This document shows positions 10,894 to 23,775 of a stretch of 64,000 nucleotides of DNA, piece after piece. This DNA is from Octopus sinensis (Eukaryota). The notes under the pieces were generated by a model. That model had not been told where the DNA came from. It searched no databases and was given only the letters and a program-made list of their open reading frames with translations. Positions within the stretch are counted from its first letter, which is position 1; the number at the start of each line of letters is the position of its first letter. The stretch lies in NCBI RefSeq assembly GCF_006345805.1, contig NC_043004.1, positions 91,388,001-91,452,000 on the forward strand, written 5' to 3'. The position numbers were made by a program, and so were the translations under genes.

Positions 10894-11486
10894 ATAAATA
10901 TATATATATATGCACACACACAGAGAAAGAGATGGAGAGAGAGGGAGCGAGAGAGAGAGAGTGGAAAAGAGAAGGAGAAAAAAAGAGAGAAGACAGCAGC
11001 ATCGGGACAGGAATCATTAGTGATTCAGAAGTTTAGAGTACTGAGTTCAATACCAATTCTCTGTATAATGGTAATTTTTACAGCTGGAAGAATAATTAGA
11101 TATAGATGGGCATGTGGTTACTGACTTCACCTAAGATACAGTACAGGAGGTTAAAGGTTTCTGTACTGACCTTCATAAACCTAATGGTTTGTGGTAGCTA
11201 TGGTCATCTTCTACATTAACATAAATGTAATATGTTAGGCTGGGCTGTGATCAGTGAATCTATGTGCTTTACTGTTTTCTGAGTTGGTGAAAATATAAAC
11301 CCCAAAAAGCAGCAGCTAGCAGTAGCAGCAACAACAACAATAATGAAAACAAGTTTGAATCATCAGTATCAATAAATAAAATAGATCTAAAGATTAAGAA
11401 TCGATTGTTGGCATCTTCCCACGTAAACACTTAGCATTTCTAGCGAAGGAATGGGTTGTTGTATAAGATGCACCATTTCACGTGTA

Positions 11487-11735
11487 TACAACACACACAC
11501 ACACACACTCACACGCACGCACACACACAACACACACTCACACAACACGCACATGCACACACACACACACACACTCACACACACACACACATACACACAC
11601 TCACACAACACGTACATGCACACACACACACAACACGCATATGCACACACATACACACACACACACACTCACACACACACACACTCACACAACACGCACA
11701 TGCACACACATACACGCACATGCACACACACACAA
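11487..11735. repeat. Compound (CA)n microsatellite
   Basis: Direct inspection. Confidence 0.95.
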
Positions 11736-12106
11736 ATGTATCCTATGATTCAAACTGTGCGTGCGTGTGTGTCTGTGTGTCTTATATGTCAGGTCATTTG
11801 CAACAGAGTTAAAAAGTACATTTTTTTGATCATATGATATTTCAGCTAATTATGATATACAGACATCATAACTTCATGTTATGTAAGACACCATGAAATA
11901 TAAGCCTTGTTCTGTGTCACAAGGCTCTTCTTTCACAGTGGGGAGCTGTTAGGAGATAAACCTTGGAAAGATCTACCAGATGACCTGGTACCTGTTATCA
12001 TCAACAGTTAGGTGTACTGATGTAATATAGAATAAAGTGTTGTGACCCACATATGCTTTGTTGGGGAATAAATCTCTTCCTGAATAAGACATATGCAATT
12101 ACATCA

Positions 12107-12445
12107 TCATCATCATTGTTCGACCGTGGACGAGACAATGGAATTTACCATGCTACGCCAGACTTCACGGTCCATCATAGCATTACGGAGGTCCTGTTGC
12201 TGGATGCCTGTATCCCTGGAGATTACATCAGGGTAGGAGAGTGTGCGCCTTCTGGTATTGCGAGTAGATGGCTTCCAGAGGAGAAGAGTAGAAATTGCCT
12301 CGTTTTCAGCTCTACAACAATGTCCAGCAAACTGGACTCTCCTACCTTTCACAAGAGATGACACAGGTGGTAGTTTCCCATATATTTGCATTTTGGTTGG
12401 ATGACGCTTCCACGAAAGATTACAGTTGCGTTGCCCAAACATTCT
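12107..12445 (-). mobile_element. RTE-clade LINE 3' fragment with (GAT)n tail
   Basis: WKRHPTKMQIYGKLPPVSSLVKGRRVQFAGHCCRAENEAISTLLLWKPSTRNTRRRTLSYPDVISRDTGIQQQDLRNAMMDREVWRSMV; related copy at 45745. Confidence 0.85.
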
Positions 12446-14171
12446 GATGGAACTTATTTTAATCTACAGCTAAGGGGAACTAAGACAATGTAGAATAAAG
12501 CAAATATCATCATCATCATCATTTAATGTCTGCTTTCCATGCTGGCATGGGTTGGACGGTTTGACAGGTGCTGGCTAGACAGAAGACTGCACCATGCTTC
12601 ATTGATTGTTTTAACATGGTTTTTTATGGCTGGATGGCCTTCCTAACACACACACACACACACACGCATGCACACACACAAACACACAAACAGACAGACA
12701 CACACACACACACACACACACCAATGATCCGATTACTAGGGGAACTCTTAGTAATCAGATCATTGGTAAATAATTGGAATTGAGAATTACCCAACAGCAG
12801 TAGCCAATTCTGTATAATGGGAATGTATATTGATAGATTATTTCATTGTCTACTCTGTGTGATTCTTCTAGCCAATCGTTAAAATTCTACATGCTGATGA
12901 GACTCAAATCCTAACGAATCCTTTAACTGAAATTTATATGCATGTGAGTGTGTGTGTGTGTGTGTGTGTGTAATATTTTACTTTTAACACCTCTACCTTT
13001 GCATGGTTCCATAGGTTAGACAATAGTATAATTTGGGGCAGTGTTCTATGACTTGATGACATTTTCAACACCAACCCCAATGCTTTCCCAAATGAGGTAG
13101 TAGTCTCCCAGTCTATCAAGCAACAAACAGCCTGGACATACTTTATGTAAGGAACTGCAAGCAGATGACATCATTAGCAAAGCCGTTGTTTACAAACTGT
13201 CAAATACATGTTGACTTGAGAAATGCAAACTACTCTCTTTTTGCTCTCTCACACACACACATATCCAAACATAAATACAATGGGTTTCTTTTATTTTCCG
13301 TGTACCAAATCAACTCACAATGCTTTGGTCAGCCCAGGACTATAATAGAAAACACTGTAACGGGATTGAATACAAAATCTTGATTTTGGGAAGCAAACTT
13401 GTTAAATACACAGTAATGCCTATTTTTAGTCAAATAAATTTTAGAAAGAAAAGGCTGACAGTTATTTTGAAATTTTGACTATGTAGCTTTTACTGGTCAG
13501 TCCAACGAAAGGGAAACATTGAAGGAATTATCTAAGTATCCCCCGTAAAAAAATATAAATAAGTTACTCTACTGAAAAATATTCAACCTAAAATTTGACT
13601 GTTTTTATATATCATTAACATTTAATGTTCATTTTCCATACTAGCATGGGTTTGATGGCTTGACAGGAACTGGCAAGGCCAGGAGACACACCAGTCTATT
13701 TTGGTTTGGTTTCTATGGCTGGATGCCCTTCCTAACCCCTATCACTTTGCAGAGTGTACTTGATGCCTTTTATGTAGCACCATCACCAGTGCTTTTTTAC
13801 ATGGTATATAACAATACTTAAAAACAAACATTAGTATACATGCACATACATTTTTGTAAATAGGGGAGCAGTTTTTTTTACACAAATATATAATATTGGT
13901 TTCAAATTTCAGCCCAAGGCCAGCAATTTCAAAGGCGGAACTAAGTTGATTAGATTGACCTCAGTGCTCCATTGGTACTTATTCTATAGATCCTGAAAGT
14001 ATGAAAGGCAAAGTTGACACTCGCAGAATTTGAACTCAGAACATGAAGAAGGATGAAATACCACAAAGCATTTTGCCAGGTACACTAATGATTCTGCTAG
14101 CTTGCTGCATTATACAAATACATAATATTAAGGACATGACTAGGATGGTGATCTGGCAGAATCTTTAGCAT

Positions 14172-14336
14172 AGGCGCAGGAGTGGCTGTGTGGTAAGTTG
14201 CTTGCTTACTAACCACATGGTTCTGGGTTCAGTCCCACTGCGTGGCATCTTCTGCTATAGCCTCGGGCCGACCAATGCCTTGTGAGTGGATTTGGTAGAC
14301 GGAAACTGAAAGAAACCTGTCGTATATATATGTATG

Positions 14337-14373
<37 letters not shown>

Positions 14374-14590
14374 ACGTGTTTGTGTGTCTGTGTTTGTCCC
14401 CCTAGCATTGCTTGACAACCGAAGCTGGTGTGTTTACGTCCCCGTCACTTAGCGGTTCGGCAAAAGAGACCGGTAGAATAAGTACTGGGCTTACAAAGAA
14501 TAAGTCCCGGGGTCGATTTGCTCGACTAAAGGCGGTGCTCCAGCATGGCTGCAGTCAAATGACTGAAACAAGTAAAAGAGTAAAAGAGAG
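14172..14590 (+). mobile_element. SINE family B, full length
   Basis: Same layout as 10476-10893, opposite orientation. Confidence 0.9.
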
Positions 14591-15053
14591 ATGCCGCATA
14601 AAATGTTTAGTGACATTTTGTCCATCTTTACATGCTGAGCTTAAAAGTTGACCAACATGCCACAGTAGTTTATCGTTTATAGATACCCATTATTATCATT
14701 GAGACAATTCATTCTTGGAGGCAGCATCAGTGCAGAAAAGCCACAGAGAATAGCTAATGAATGTACAGGACAATGATGAAAACAAACACAACAAACTAAA
14801 ATAAATATAATAATTATACACATATAACAAAAAAAGAAAATGTGCAGCTATCAGACAGACAAATATGGGTAACGCAAATATATATATATATTTTGCTGAG
14901 ATACAGCCACTTCTCTCAGTTACTGTCACTCTTTCAGCTGAGCTGTACCTGTCTTGCAAGCCACTTGGCATTTCTGAAGGTACTAGGGCCACATAAAAAG
15001 CACCCAGTACTATATTATGTATACATAATATAGTAATACATATGTATGTGTGT

Positions 15054-15127
<74 letters not shown>

Positions 15128-15135
15128 AATATTAT

Positions 15136-15170
<35 letters not shown>

Positions 15171-15184
15171 ATATATAATATATA

Positions 15185-16189
15185 GACCGGTTTGCGGAAC
15201 ACCTTCGTGACATCCACCTTGCGAACGACACACCGGTCTCACGCCATTTCCGCTCCACCGGTCACTCCTTGCAACACCTATCTGTGTTCGGTTTGTCCTT
15301 ACACAGAGGCCATCCGGATTCCCGTTTGCGCCGTGAACAGGAATTAATCTTCTCTCTTTGCTCTTATGCGCCATTTGATCTCAACTCTCCCCCCCTCCTC
15401 ATCTAACCCCCCTCTCCCCCTCCTCACCTATCCTTTCCCCCCGACCCCTACTTCTTCAGTCCTTCATCCTTTCACCCCTACGCCCCTTCCCTTCTCCTTC
15501 TTTCTCCCTCCCTCCTTCCTCTTCCTCTGCTCCCTCACTCCCCTTCTCTCTCTCCCTCCCCTCTTTCCCTTCCTCCCCCTCCTCCTCCCTCCTCCTCCCT
15601 CCCATTCTCCCCCCTTCCTCCTCCCCCTCTTCTCCTCACTACACCACACGACTTACACATCACATCATATATGATGTGCCATACTAATACATACACCAAC
15701 TAATACATACTAATACGTACTAATACATACTAATACATACACCAACCCTATACATACACACGTCCAGACCCCTCATACGCACTTATACTCTCTCATACAC
15801 ACACACACACACTTATACATACTAATACGTACTAATACATACTAATACATACTAATACTTACACCAACCCCCTACATACGCCTGTCCAGACCTATCCTAG
15901 GGTCATTCAACCCTATTATCTCCCCTTATTTCGCTCTCGCGTCTCATGTTTGATCTTTGACCTCTGGCCGAAATCAGATCGCCATGTTGATTCGTTAGTT
16001 ACTGCACGCATTTTTTTTCTCTCCTTCTTTCTGTGTTTTTTTTCTCTCTGTGTATCTTTCTGTTGAAGAGCGTAGGCTCGAAACGTTAAAGACTTGTTTT
16101 ATTTATATTTCCTGAGCGCCATACTAATACAATTGTTTGTTTGTTTTCCACCTGCCTTCGTCTTTTGTCTATTTTCATAAAGCTTCCCG

Positions 16190-16190
<1 letters not shown>
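15185..16190 (+). mobile_element. Penelope-like element 3' end: GIY-YIG C-terminus, pyrimidine-rich 3' UTR and terminal repeat with an HHR-like motif, inserted in (TA)n
   Basis: From 15185: DRFAEHLRDIHLANDTPVSRHFRSTGHSLQHLSVFGLSLHRGHPDSRLRREQELIFSLCSYAPFDLN (R..EH...I....PV..HF...HS...R...EQ.LIF.L....P..LN). (TA)n on both sides. Confidence 0.85.
16055..16092 (+). ncRNA. Minimal hammerhead-like motif with variant core CUGUUGA
   Basis: TCTTT-CTGTTGA-A-GAGC-gtag-GCTC-GAAA-CG-TT-AAAGA; palindromic AACGTT in place of stem III (dimer-type); A6 is U. Confidence 0.6.
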
Positions 16191-16258
<68 letters not shown>

Positions 16259-16260
<2 letters not shown>

Positions 16261-16455
16261 TAATCAAACATGAAAACAAAGAGAAAACACAACAACGCGA
16301 GGACGTGGAACAAATATAGTATTATTGGACGCTCAGGAAGGAAGGGAAGAAGGAGGGTTTAACGTTTCGAGCGGAGCTCTTCGTGGAAACATAGGAGAAG
16401 GAAAGATCCAGAGAAGGGAAGACAGAGGGAAAAAAAAATCGCCAACGGTACACAC
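16259..16455 (-). mobile_element. Family H2 element with an HHR-like motif (core one base short) at 16390-16357
   Basis: gttt-CCACGA-A-GAGC-tcc-GCTC-GAAACGTT-aaac; tail ttcctgagcgtccaataatactat is homologous to the tail of the 16055 motif. Confidence 0.75.
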
Positions 16456-16472
16456 GCGGTCAATATACAGTA

Positions 16473-16535
16473 GTGGTGACAGCTATGTTTTACAATTTAC
16501 AACAGTTGTAAATTGTAAAACAAAACTGTCACCAC
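16473..16535. repeat. 31-bp-arm palindrome (2 mismatches, 1-nt loop)
   Basis: gtggtgacagctatgttttacaatttacaac-a-gttgtaaattgtaaaacaaaactgtcaccac. Confidence 0.9.
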
Positions 16536-16545
16536 CACTATTACA

Positions 16546-16590
16546 TGAACCTGAAGATTGCATAGTTTAATGCATGAAAGTACTAGTTCA
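16546..16590 (+). ncRNA. Minimal type I hammerhead ribozyme, canonical core
   Basis: TGAAC-CTGAAGA(16551-57)-t-TGCAT-agttta-ATGCA-t-GAAA-GTAC-TA-GTTCA; palindromic AGTACT stem III, CUA triplet, U-U mismatch at the base of stem II. Confidence 0.7.
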
Positions 16591-17310
16591 ATCAGAATGG
16601 ACATTTAATATTCTATCATTTAATAATATTATATTATCTTATATTATATTATTATAAGATTGTAAATAAAACGTAAAAATCAGACAATTTCTTTGAGTAA
16701 TATATATATTTAAGGTTTTAACTTTCATTATAGTAGTATCTATGGAAGACTGGCGGGATTATTATTTGTATGGACTTAAAGATTGATTATAAGTTAGCCT
16801 ATAATTTAGGTATTGCAATTTACTATTTATACCGATACAATGTACATTCGTTTATATGTTTCTTTGTTGTAGTTAGTCTTTAATCCTGTCTATATATTGT
16901 TTGATTCAAATAATGTGGTTATTAAGCTTTTACTTTTATATATTAAACTATGGAAGACAGTAGGGATTATAATTTTTGTATGACTTAATAGAGTTGTCAC
17001 TGTTTAGTTATGTATTTAGGAGTGGTTGTAATTTACTTATTGAATTTATTTATTGATATGGTTGTACATAGGGTAAATGTGTTTGAAAGTTGTGGTTTCT
17101 TTGGTTTGTTAGTTCCCAAACAACACTTATTTTAGTGCTGTTGACACTGCTGGATTGAGTGGTACTGCCCAGATGTTGAAACCATAATGATATCTGCGGG
17201 GCAGCTGAAGATGGAGATACGTTGGATTGTTATTATTGGATTGTAGGTATGGCTGTGGAATAGTATTATAACACATCCTTTTGATGTATATATACATACA
17301 TCTATAAGTA

Positions 17311-17692
17311 AAATTTAGGTTAGTTAAGATGTTTGTGACATATTTCAACTGCAGGAAAGCAAATTCACTGCAGTTACTATGGAAAAAAAGTCTCTCTCCT
17401 ATGGTAAAAAGGTGTGAAAACACTCGGTTCAGTGTTGGCATCTATCAAGAATTCCAGACATTGATGTTTCAAGTTTTTTTTACTCTTGTCAATGAGATGT
17501 ACCTAAGAGAGGCAACTCTGAACAAACTCGAAACATCAATATCTGGGATTTCTGATCAAAGGTGACACTGAATGAACCGGGTGTTTTCACACCATTTACC
17601 ATAGGAGAGATATTTTCTCCATGGTAACTGCAGTGAATTTGCCTTTTAGCAGTTGAAATTTGTCACAAGCTTATTTTGACTAACCTAAATTA
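17311..17692. mobile_element. Fold-back (long-TIR) element
   Basis: Arms ~17311-17480 and ~17523-17692, roughly 85% complementary, ~45-nt spacer. Confidence 0.8.
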
Positions 17693-17747
17693 TTCTTATG
17701 TCTAAACACTGCTTGGCACTAACATTTCATAAATATATATATATATA

Positions 17748-17972
17748 TATTTCTTTACTATCCACAAGGGGCTAAACACAGAGGGGACAAATAAGGACAG
17801 ACAAACGGATTAAGTCGATTACATCGATCCCAGTGTGTAACTGGTACTTAATTTATCGACCCCGAAAGGATGAAAGTCAACCTCAGTGGAATTTGAACTC
17901 AGAACGTAACGGCAGACGAAATACGGCTTTGCATTGCGCCCGGCGTGTTACCGTTTCTGCCAGCTCGCCGCC
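17748..17972 (-). mobile_element. SINE family A1
   Basis: Full head, core and tail. Confidence 0.9.
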
Positions 17973-17980
17973 TTCAAAAC

Positions 17981-18033
<53 letters not shown>

Positions 18034-18569
18034 TGTGTGCATGTGTGTTTGTATGTATGTGTGTGTATATATGTATGTATATATATATATATGTACATAT
18101 ATGTTTATATATAAATATGTATATCATATGGATATATTCTTTCACTGTTTCAGTTCTTGGATTATAGCCATGGCAGCGTGCTACGGTAAAGGGTTTAGTC
18201 ATTAATATCAATCCTAATATTTATTTTCAGCCTGCTGCTTTATTTTATTGATCATCATTTAACAAATCCTTAAGTTTTGAGACAAAAGAAGGCACAACAT
18301 GTGCACAGAATAGGTTTTTATCTTGTGTAAAACACAAGCAGATAAAGACATGAACACAGACAAACAGAGGTCATTGTAGGTTGGTAAGTGAAGGTTTAAA
18401 AACCAGCTAGGTAACCCTTTGATGTTTGTTTTTAGACACTTGTTTTTGATGTAACCTGGAATGTTTACAAATTAAGTTAATGTGTTATAGGAAATACTTA
18501 TTGGGTAATAAATGCTGGAAAAATACCTCAATGTTTTAATTTATGAATATTTTTCTCTAATCACATCAT

Positions 18570-18603
<34 letters not shown>

Positions 18604-20312
18604 CCACACACAATCTGAAACAGAGATTAACATGACACAAGTAACCATCATCTGTGGTGATGAAAATAGATAATATGCTTTCAGATATGATGTAGCTAGT
18701 CTTCCAACAAACATAATCTGATATAATCTGATTTAAAACCTTTACCTTGCTTAATCTGTATTAGCTTTCTCTTTGATATTGATGTTATTTGCACAAAATT
18801 TCAAAATCAATAACTATATTATTGTCTTACACCATTTTGTTTACAGTGTTTTGCAGTAATTATCTTTATCCCCAACACTCTCTTTTTCATATCCATCACT
18901 CTGTTTGTCCATTTGTCAGTATGCCAGTAGATATAAACATAGATTGTATTTCATTGCTTATTGGTTAATTCTAAGATTTCAGGGTTGTCTCCCTTGCCTT
19001 ATTTGACAGGAATTCGTTTTTTCGGTGATGGTTTATTTCCATCACTAAGTGTGTAATAATAGTAAGCAATTAAAATCTCTTGGATTATTGCATCATAAAG
19101 CTGTTACACACACACACACACACACAGCACACACATTAGAGTGCTACTTGGGACACTGCTACTGCAACACACAAAAACATCCTAGACCACATTAGTAAGC
19201 TCCTCTAATACTTGGGATTGTATTGCTGTTGCTATAATAGAGTACTACTCACATATCTGGAATAATGCAGCAGCTGGTATTCATACAGACATTCTACCCA
19301 CAGTACAGCAAAAAAAAAAAAAAAGAATCCATCTGTTTCATTGGTAAACCTTCATTCACCATCTACATGCAGCAAAGTGTTAGTTACTATAACAACCAAC
19401 CATCCTTGCACACTGACACACTGTATTGGGTGCTTTTTACGTGCCACCTGCACAGGTGCTAGGGGAGTCCAGAATCGGCCACGATCGGTTGGTGCTTTTA
19501 ACGTGCCACCGGCACGGAAGCCAGCCAAGGCGGCGCTGGCATCGGCACGTTCGGATGGTGCTTTTTATGTGCCACCGGCACAGAAGCCAGTCGAGGTGGC
19601 GCTGGCAACAGCCTAATCACACATTATCAAGTAGCTTCAAGATTTCAATTGAGTGTTTGTGTATTTTTAGAATGACATTGTAGGGTAGTACAGGTACAAT
19701 AACTGGGCTGGATATGGCTAGATTAAATGCTAAAGTGTTAAATTTCACAACAAACACTACACCTAATCCTGCTTCAGCTTTTTAAAACTCTCTCCCTCTT
19801 TTCCACATTATTCTTGGAGGCCCTAGCTTGTGGGAATTTCAACTAAATGTCAGTTGTAGTGATCTTCCCAGCTGTGGATGACATATAAGGGCTGTGGGCA
19901 CTGTACATTCTCCTAGGAGTATAATGTAGTAAAACTATGAAAAAAGTAAACATTTCTGGTTGGGGATGACATGTAAGGGTTAGGGTCACAGTACATTCTC
20001 CTAGGACTAAAATGTAAAAAATCAATGAAGAAAGTAAAAGGACAAAGGGAACAGTACAACCTTATAATGAGGTGGGCTACTTTAATTAGAACAGTAGAAG
20101 CATGCCCAGGGTACATGCGACTCAAGATTAATAGTTATCCACTTGCATATCTTGAATTAATATAAATGCTGTCTGATGGGTAAGCAGAGAAGATATTAGA
20201 CTAGCTGCACATGACTCGTGTGTTCAAATCTTTTGTGTTTCATGTTTCGAGGTATAACACTTTATCCAACATAACCTCAGTGTATTTACCACTTAGTTGG
20301 ACTAGGTACAGT

Positions 20313-20481
20313 CACTAACATAGCTAGGGGTGGTGGTGGTAGAGGCAGTCCACCTCAGGCAGCACTCTTAAAGGGGCAGCAATTTTGGGTCTGCTGTAGG
20401 CAACATGTGCTTTTTGTGGGGTCTGGGGGTGGAAAAAAGAAAGGGCTGCCCCAGGTGGCACACACTCTTGCTATGCTAGTG
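20313..20481. mobile_element. hAT-type MITE, 169 bp
   Basis: TIRs cactaacatagc / gctatgctagtg; perfect 8-bp TSD GGTACAGT at 20305-20312 and 20482-20489. Confidence 0.8.
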
Positions 20482-20981
20482 GGTACAGTATCAGATCATA
20501 TAGTAATAAAAAGAGCGGTACATTGGTGTCCACTAGAGTGAAAGATTTCTTTTGTCCTCCACTTTATGCCATAAAGGTAGAGTTGAAGTAGGACTGAGCT
20601 CTGAAAATATCCTTCACTTTCTATGAAGCATTTAGATTTTCTATTTACAATGTGACTGCTTTGAACAACCTGAAGAAAAGTTATACCCAATCTGCACACA
20701 TTCCCTTGATTACCACGTGCTATTAGCTTATATACAACTATTTCCTCTTGCCTACAATAAAGCAAGAATTGTGAATGCCTGTATCACATTCAAGATGTTG
20801 CTTACTCAATTAAGTTTGCAATTACGGTTGCATCTGTAAGTAGTAATATGGCATCACGTTACGAGTGAAAATCTGTCAAGGCTAAAAATACACAAGATTA
20901 GTTTCATTTATTTTATTCACTGTTGTTGTTGTTGTTATTAGGCCTTGTGCCTTTAGTAGAAAGGATTATTATTATTATTAT

Positions 20982-21203
20982 TGAGTGAGAGAGCAGTGCA
21001 TGCCATCAAAGTGACACTGGGGTAAAATATACAAAGCCCAGTATACCCATCATGACTACCCGTCTGATAAAGGCACACTAGGCACATGCATCACAACCAT
21101 ATGTGCGTGATATGGTGATCTGACATCAAGATAAACAGCACATGACCTTGCAGGTGGGGCCCAGTTAGAATTTTCTTCAGGTTGAGTAGCCCATCCCGCT
21201 CAA
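20982..21203. mobile_element. Family D repeat (partial), abutting (ATT)n
   Basis: Reverse complement of ~36375-36596. Confidence 0.8.
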
Positions 21204-21231
21204 CACCCCCAACAAAAGTAACACCACCTCC

Positions 21232-21431
21232 TACTACTACTATGGCAATCCCTCAAGGTCGAGGATGATGGTCTTCGCGCAAATTTATTGGTGAGTCCGC
21301 AGGTGACTGATAAGACCAATTCTTGCTCGAAAAGATCGATCACAGTGCAGACGTCTAGTGCCGGAAGGGAGAGTCGCACGTGGTTGTTGTTGGCGCTCCT
21401 TCCGTCGTCGTCTTTTCTCCTCCAGCTCTGC
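21232..21431 (-). mobile_element. RTE/BovB-like LINE 3' end with (TAG)n tail
   Basis: AELEEKRRRRKERQQQPRATLPSGTRRLHCDRSFRARIGLISHLRTHQ* (C2H2 remnant), then gagggattgcc-(tag)n. Confidence 0.85.
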
Positions 21432-23460
21432 AGACCTTTTCGACTCCAACTATTACCAGACCTTTTCGACTCGAACTATCACCAGACAAACACTAACAAC
21501 GATGACACCGGACTGTATAAATATACCATCACCACCACTTTCAACAGCAACAGCACCAACAAAAACAACGGATGAAACTGCATTACAAAATACTATAACA
21601 GACCCCAAGGACATCCCCTTTCCTGACCAAATCAGCTCAGACAGTGCGCACTGATAGTGAGAAGGTGGGGTGGCACACAGTGCCACTGAAAAAGGAAAGA
21701 AAGAAGAAGTCTAAAGAAACAACTGACAAAGTGGGGAGGCGCAAGAAAGTAGAGCTTGCCAACAACAGTAACAGCATGCACTCACAACATTCAACAACAC
21801 CTTCTCCAGCACTACCACTGCAACCACCAACACATATTACAACACACACAGACACCACCACCAATACAAACATCATGGCAATAAACACTAATAATGTAAC
21901 CTTGTAACACACTTGAAAGAAAACACTGACACCACAATGACATTTTGTCATACACACACACAACACACCTATTCACACATATTCAGTTTTAAAATAGCTC
22001 GTGAGAACTACGAGATAATAAAGAACAAATTTCCAAATGATGTTGGGTCGCTCAGAAAAAATTTCTCAAAAAATACTTTACAAAAGTCTGGTGGCAATAC
22101 CCACACAAAAGCATAAGGGATCCACCACACCAAACAATGGCAGTAAGTAGAGCTTTTTCTCCTGTATAAATCTTTTTAAACATGGTTGTGCTCAGAATCA
22201 GTAGCATAAATGTGAGAGGCCTCGGGTCGCCTTGGAAACAAGGTCATCTCTTAAACGACCTGAGGTGTTACAGTGTGGATGTAACAACCATTAGCAAAAC
22301 CAGGCTCTCCGACCCATGGGAACTCACAGCCCTTTTCGGCGGATACGAGGTTTTTCTATCTCTGTGTCAGCCAAGAGCAGGCGGTGGTGGTACTGCTGCA
22401 CTATTTTGGAAAGGCCTGGATTTGAAAATAAAGGCAGATTTCCTGGATCCAGAGGGTAAGTTGGTGGTCCTTGATGTGAACAGTAGTGACAGTGGTACTT
22501 TCAGACTGGTGGCTGCCTACGCTCTGACAGGGACAGGGCAGTCAGATTATTTCAAGCGTCTGGAGGTTTTCCTGAGCATGTAGGGGGATTGGAATGCTGT
22601 CTTAGACGAACGTTTTGATCAGGTGGGTGTGGGAGCATCTGATAGGAGAGGGGGTGTAAAAGCCTCACCAACCTGCTCAGATGCTTTCAGCTGTCTGACA
22701 GGTATCGACTAGACAACCCGAATGTGCCAATGTGGACTTGGACTAATCGCATTGGGTTGCCTAGATCGTATTTAGATAGAGTTTTCTGTAGGCTAGTGGA
22801 TATGGATAGCATAAGGTGTCCACAATTCCCACATAGTCGGCTACATAGCCCACAAATTCGTGATCTGCACAGTTGATTTAGATAGGGTCCGTAGACAGAA
22901 TCCTAGTTGCTGGAAGCTAAACACATCATTAACAGCATGCAAAGCTTACAGAGACTGGATTAGCCTATTAGGTAAGTGGGCATTGATGGGGAGGGGGGGA
23001 CGATTATTAACAACAACTGGTGGTTTGCTCTCACGAAGGCAATTAGAGCAGAATCCATTAGGTTTAGTAAGGCTCTAGCTGTAGAATGAAAGAAATTAGA
23101 GCAGGATTTAGTTAGAAAACTAGACAAGGCTTTTAGGACAGGCATCGTGACTGACGTGTTGGTGGCCAGGTTGGCCCTCAACCAACACTTCAACGCCAAA
23201 CACAAAGGCTGCGTTGTCAGAGCTAAAGCATGTTCAGTAAGTGGGAAGGGGACTAAGGCCACTTGATGGGTCTGCATGGTGGAGGCAAAGTATGGCAAGA
23301 GGGTAACCATTTGGTCTTTGGTGGACCAGAATGGGCGCGAGGTTTCCGAACTGAAGCAGATGTGTGCAGCCTTTCAGCAGCACTTTGCTTGACTGTCCGG
23401 GATGAGCGGTGGGATGGACAGACTTCAGTGTGTACCTGGATGGCCTGCCGCAACTCTGGA
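21432..23460 (+). mobile_element. Degenerate Tx1/L1-clade non-LTR retrotransposon: ORF1 remnant plus ORF2 APE endonuclease and linker; RT absent
   Basis: From 22182: MVVLRISSINVRGL...VDVTTISKTRL...GTAALF...DPEGKLVVLDV...FRLVAAYA...GDWNAVLD, then WTWTN, YLDRV and WKLNTSL; several stops and frameshifts. Confidence 0.85.
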
Positions 23461-23534
23461 ATCAGTGTAATCAACTAGTCCTCTCCCTTAACATTTCAGG
23501 TATTGCACCCTTAGTAGAAAAGATTATTATTATT

Positions 23535-23736
23535 AAGGCAGTGAACTGGCAGAGTCATTAGCACACTTAGTGGTATTTCGTCTGTCACTATGTACTGAGT
23601 TCAAATTCTGCTGAGGTCAATGTTGCCTTTCATCCTTTAGGGGTTGATGACATAAGTACCAGTTGAGCACTGGGGCCAATTTAATTGACTAGTCCCCTCC
23701 CCTAAAATTTCAGGCCTTGTGCCTATAGTAGAAAGG

Positions 23737-23775
<39 letters not shown>

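Noticed and set aside
11993-12005. 13-nt match TGTTATCATCAAC that would be complementary to the Kv1.1 exon at 310-322 (possible editing-complementary sequence)
   Set aside because: About 0.4 such matches are expected by chance (64000 x 400 / 4^13), more with AT bias, and it does not extend.
12888-12946. acatg-CTGATGA...GAAA...catgt hammerhead-like arrangement
   Set aside because: Stem II does not pair and the cleavage position would be G; at best a heavily decayed copy.
17127-17441. 104-aa minus-strand ORF
   Set aside because: No recognisable motif; it spans a microsatellite and one arm of a fold-back repeat.
18825-18835. Minus-strand ATGGT|GTAAGA as a possible Kv1.1 first exon donor
   Set aside because: It would add only Met-Val, which does not fit the predicted six upstream codons, and such sites are common by chance.
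22182-22583. 133-aa endonuclease ORF as a functional or domesticated gene
   Set aside because: A stop precedes the GDWN motif, downstream frameshifts occur and catalytic residues are altered; it is a retrotransposon relic.
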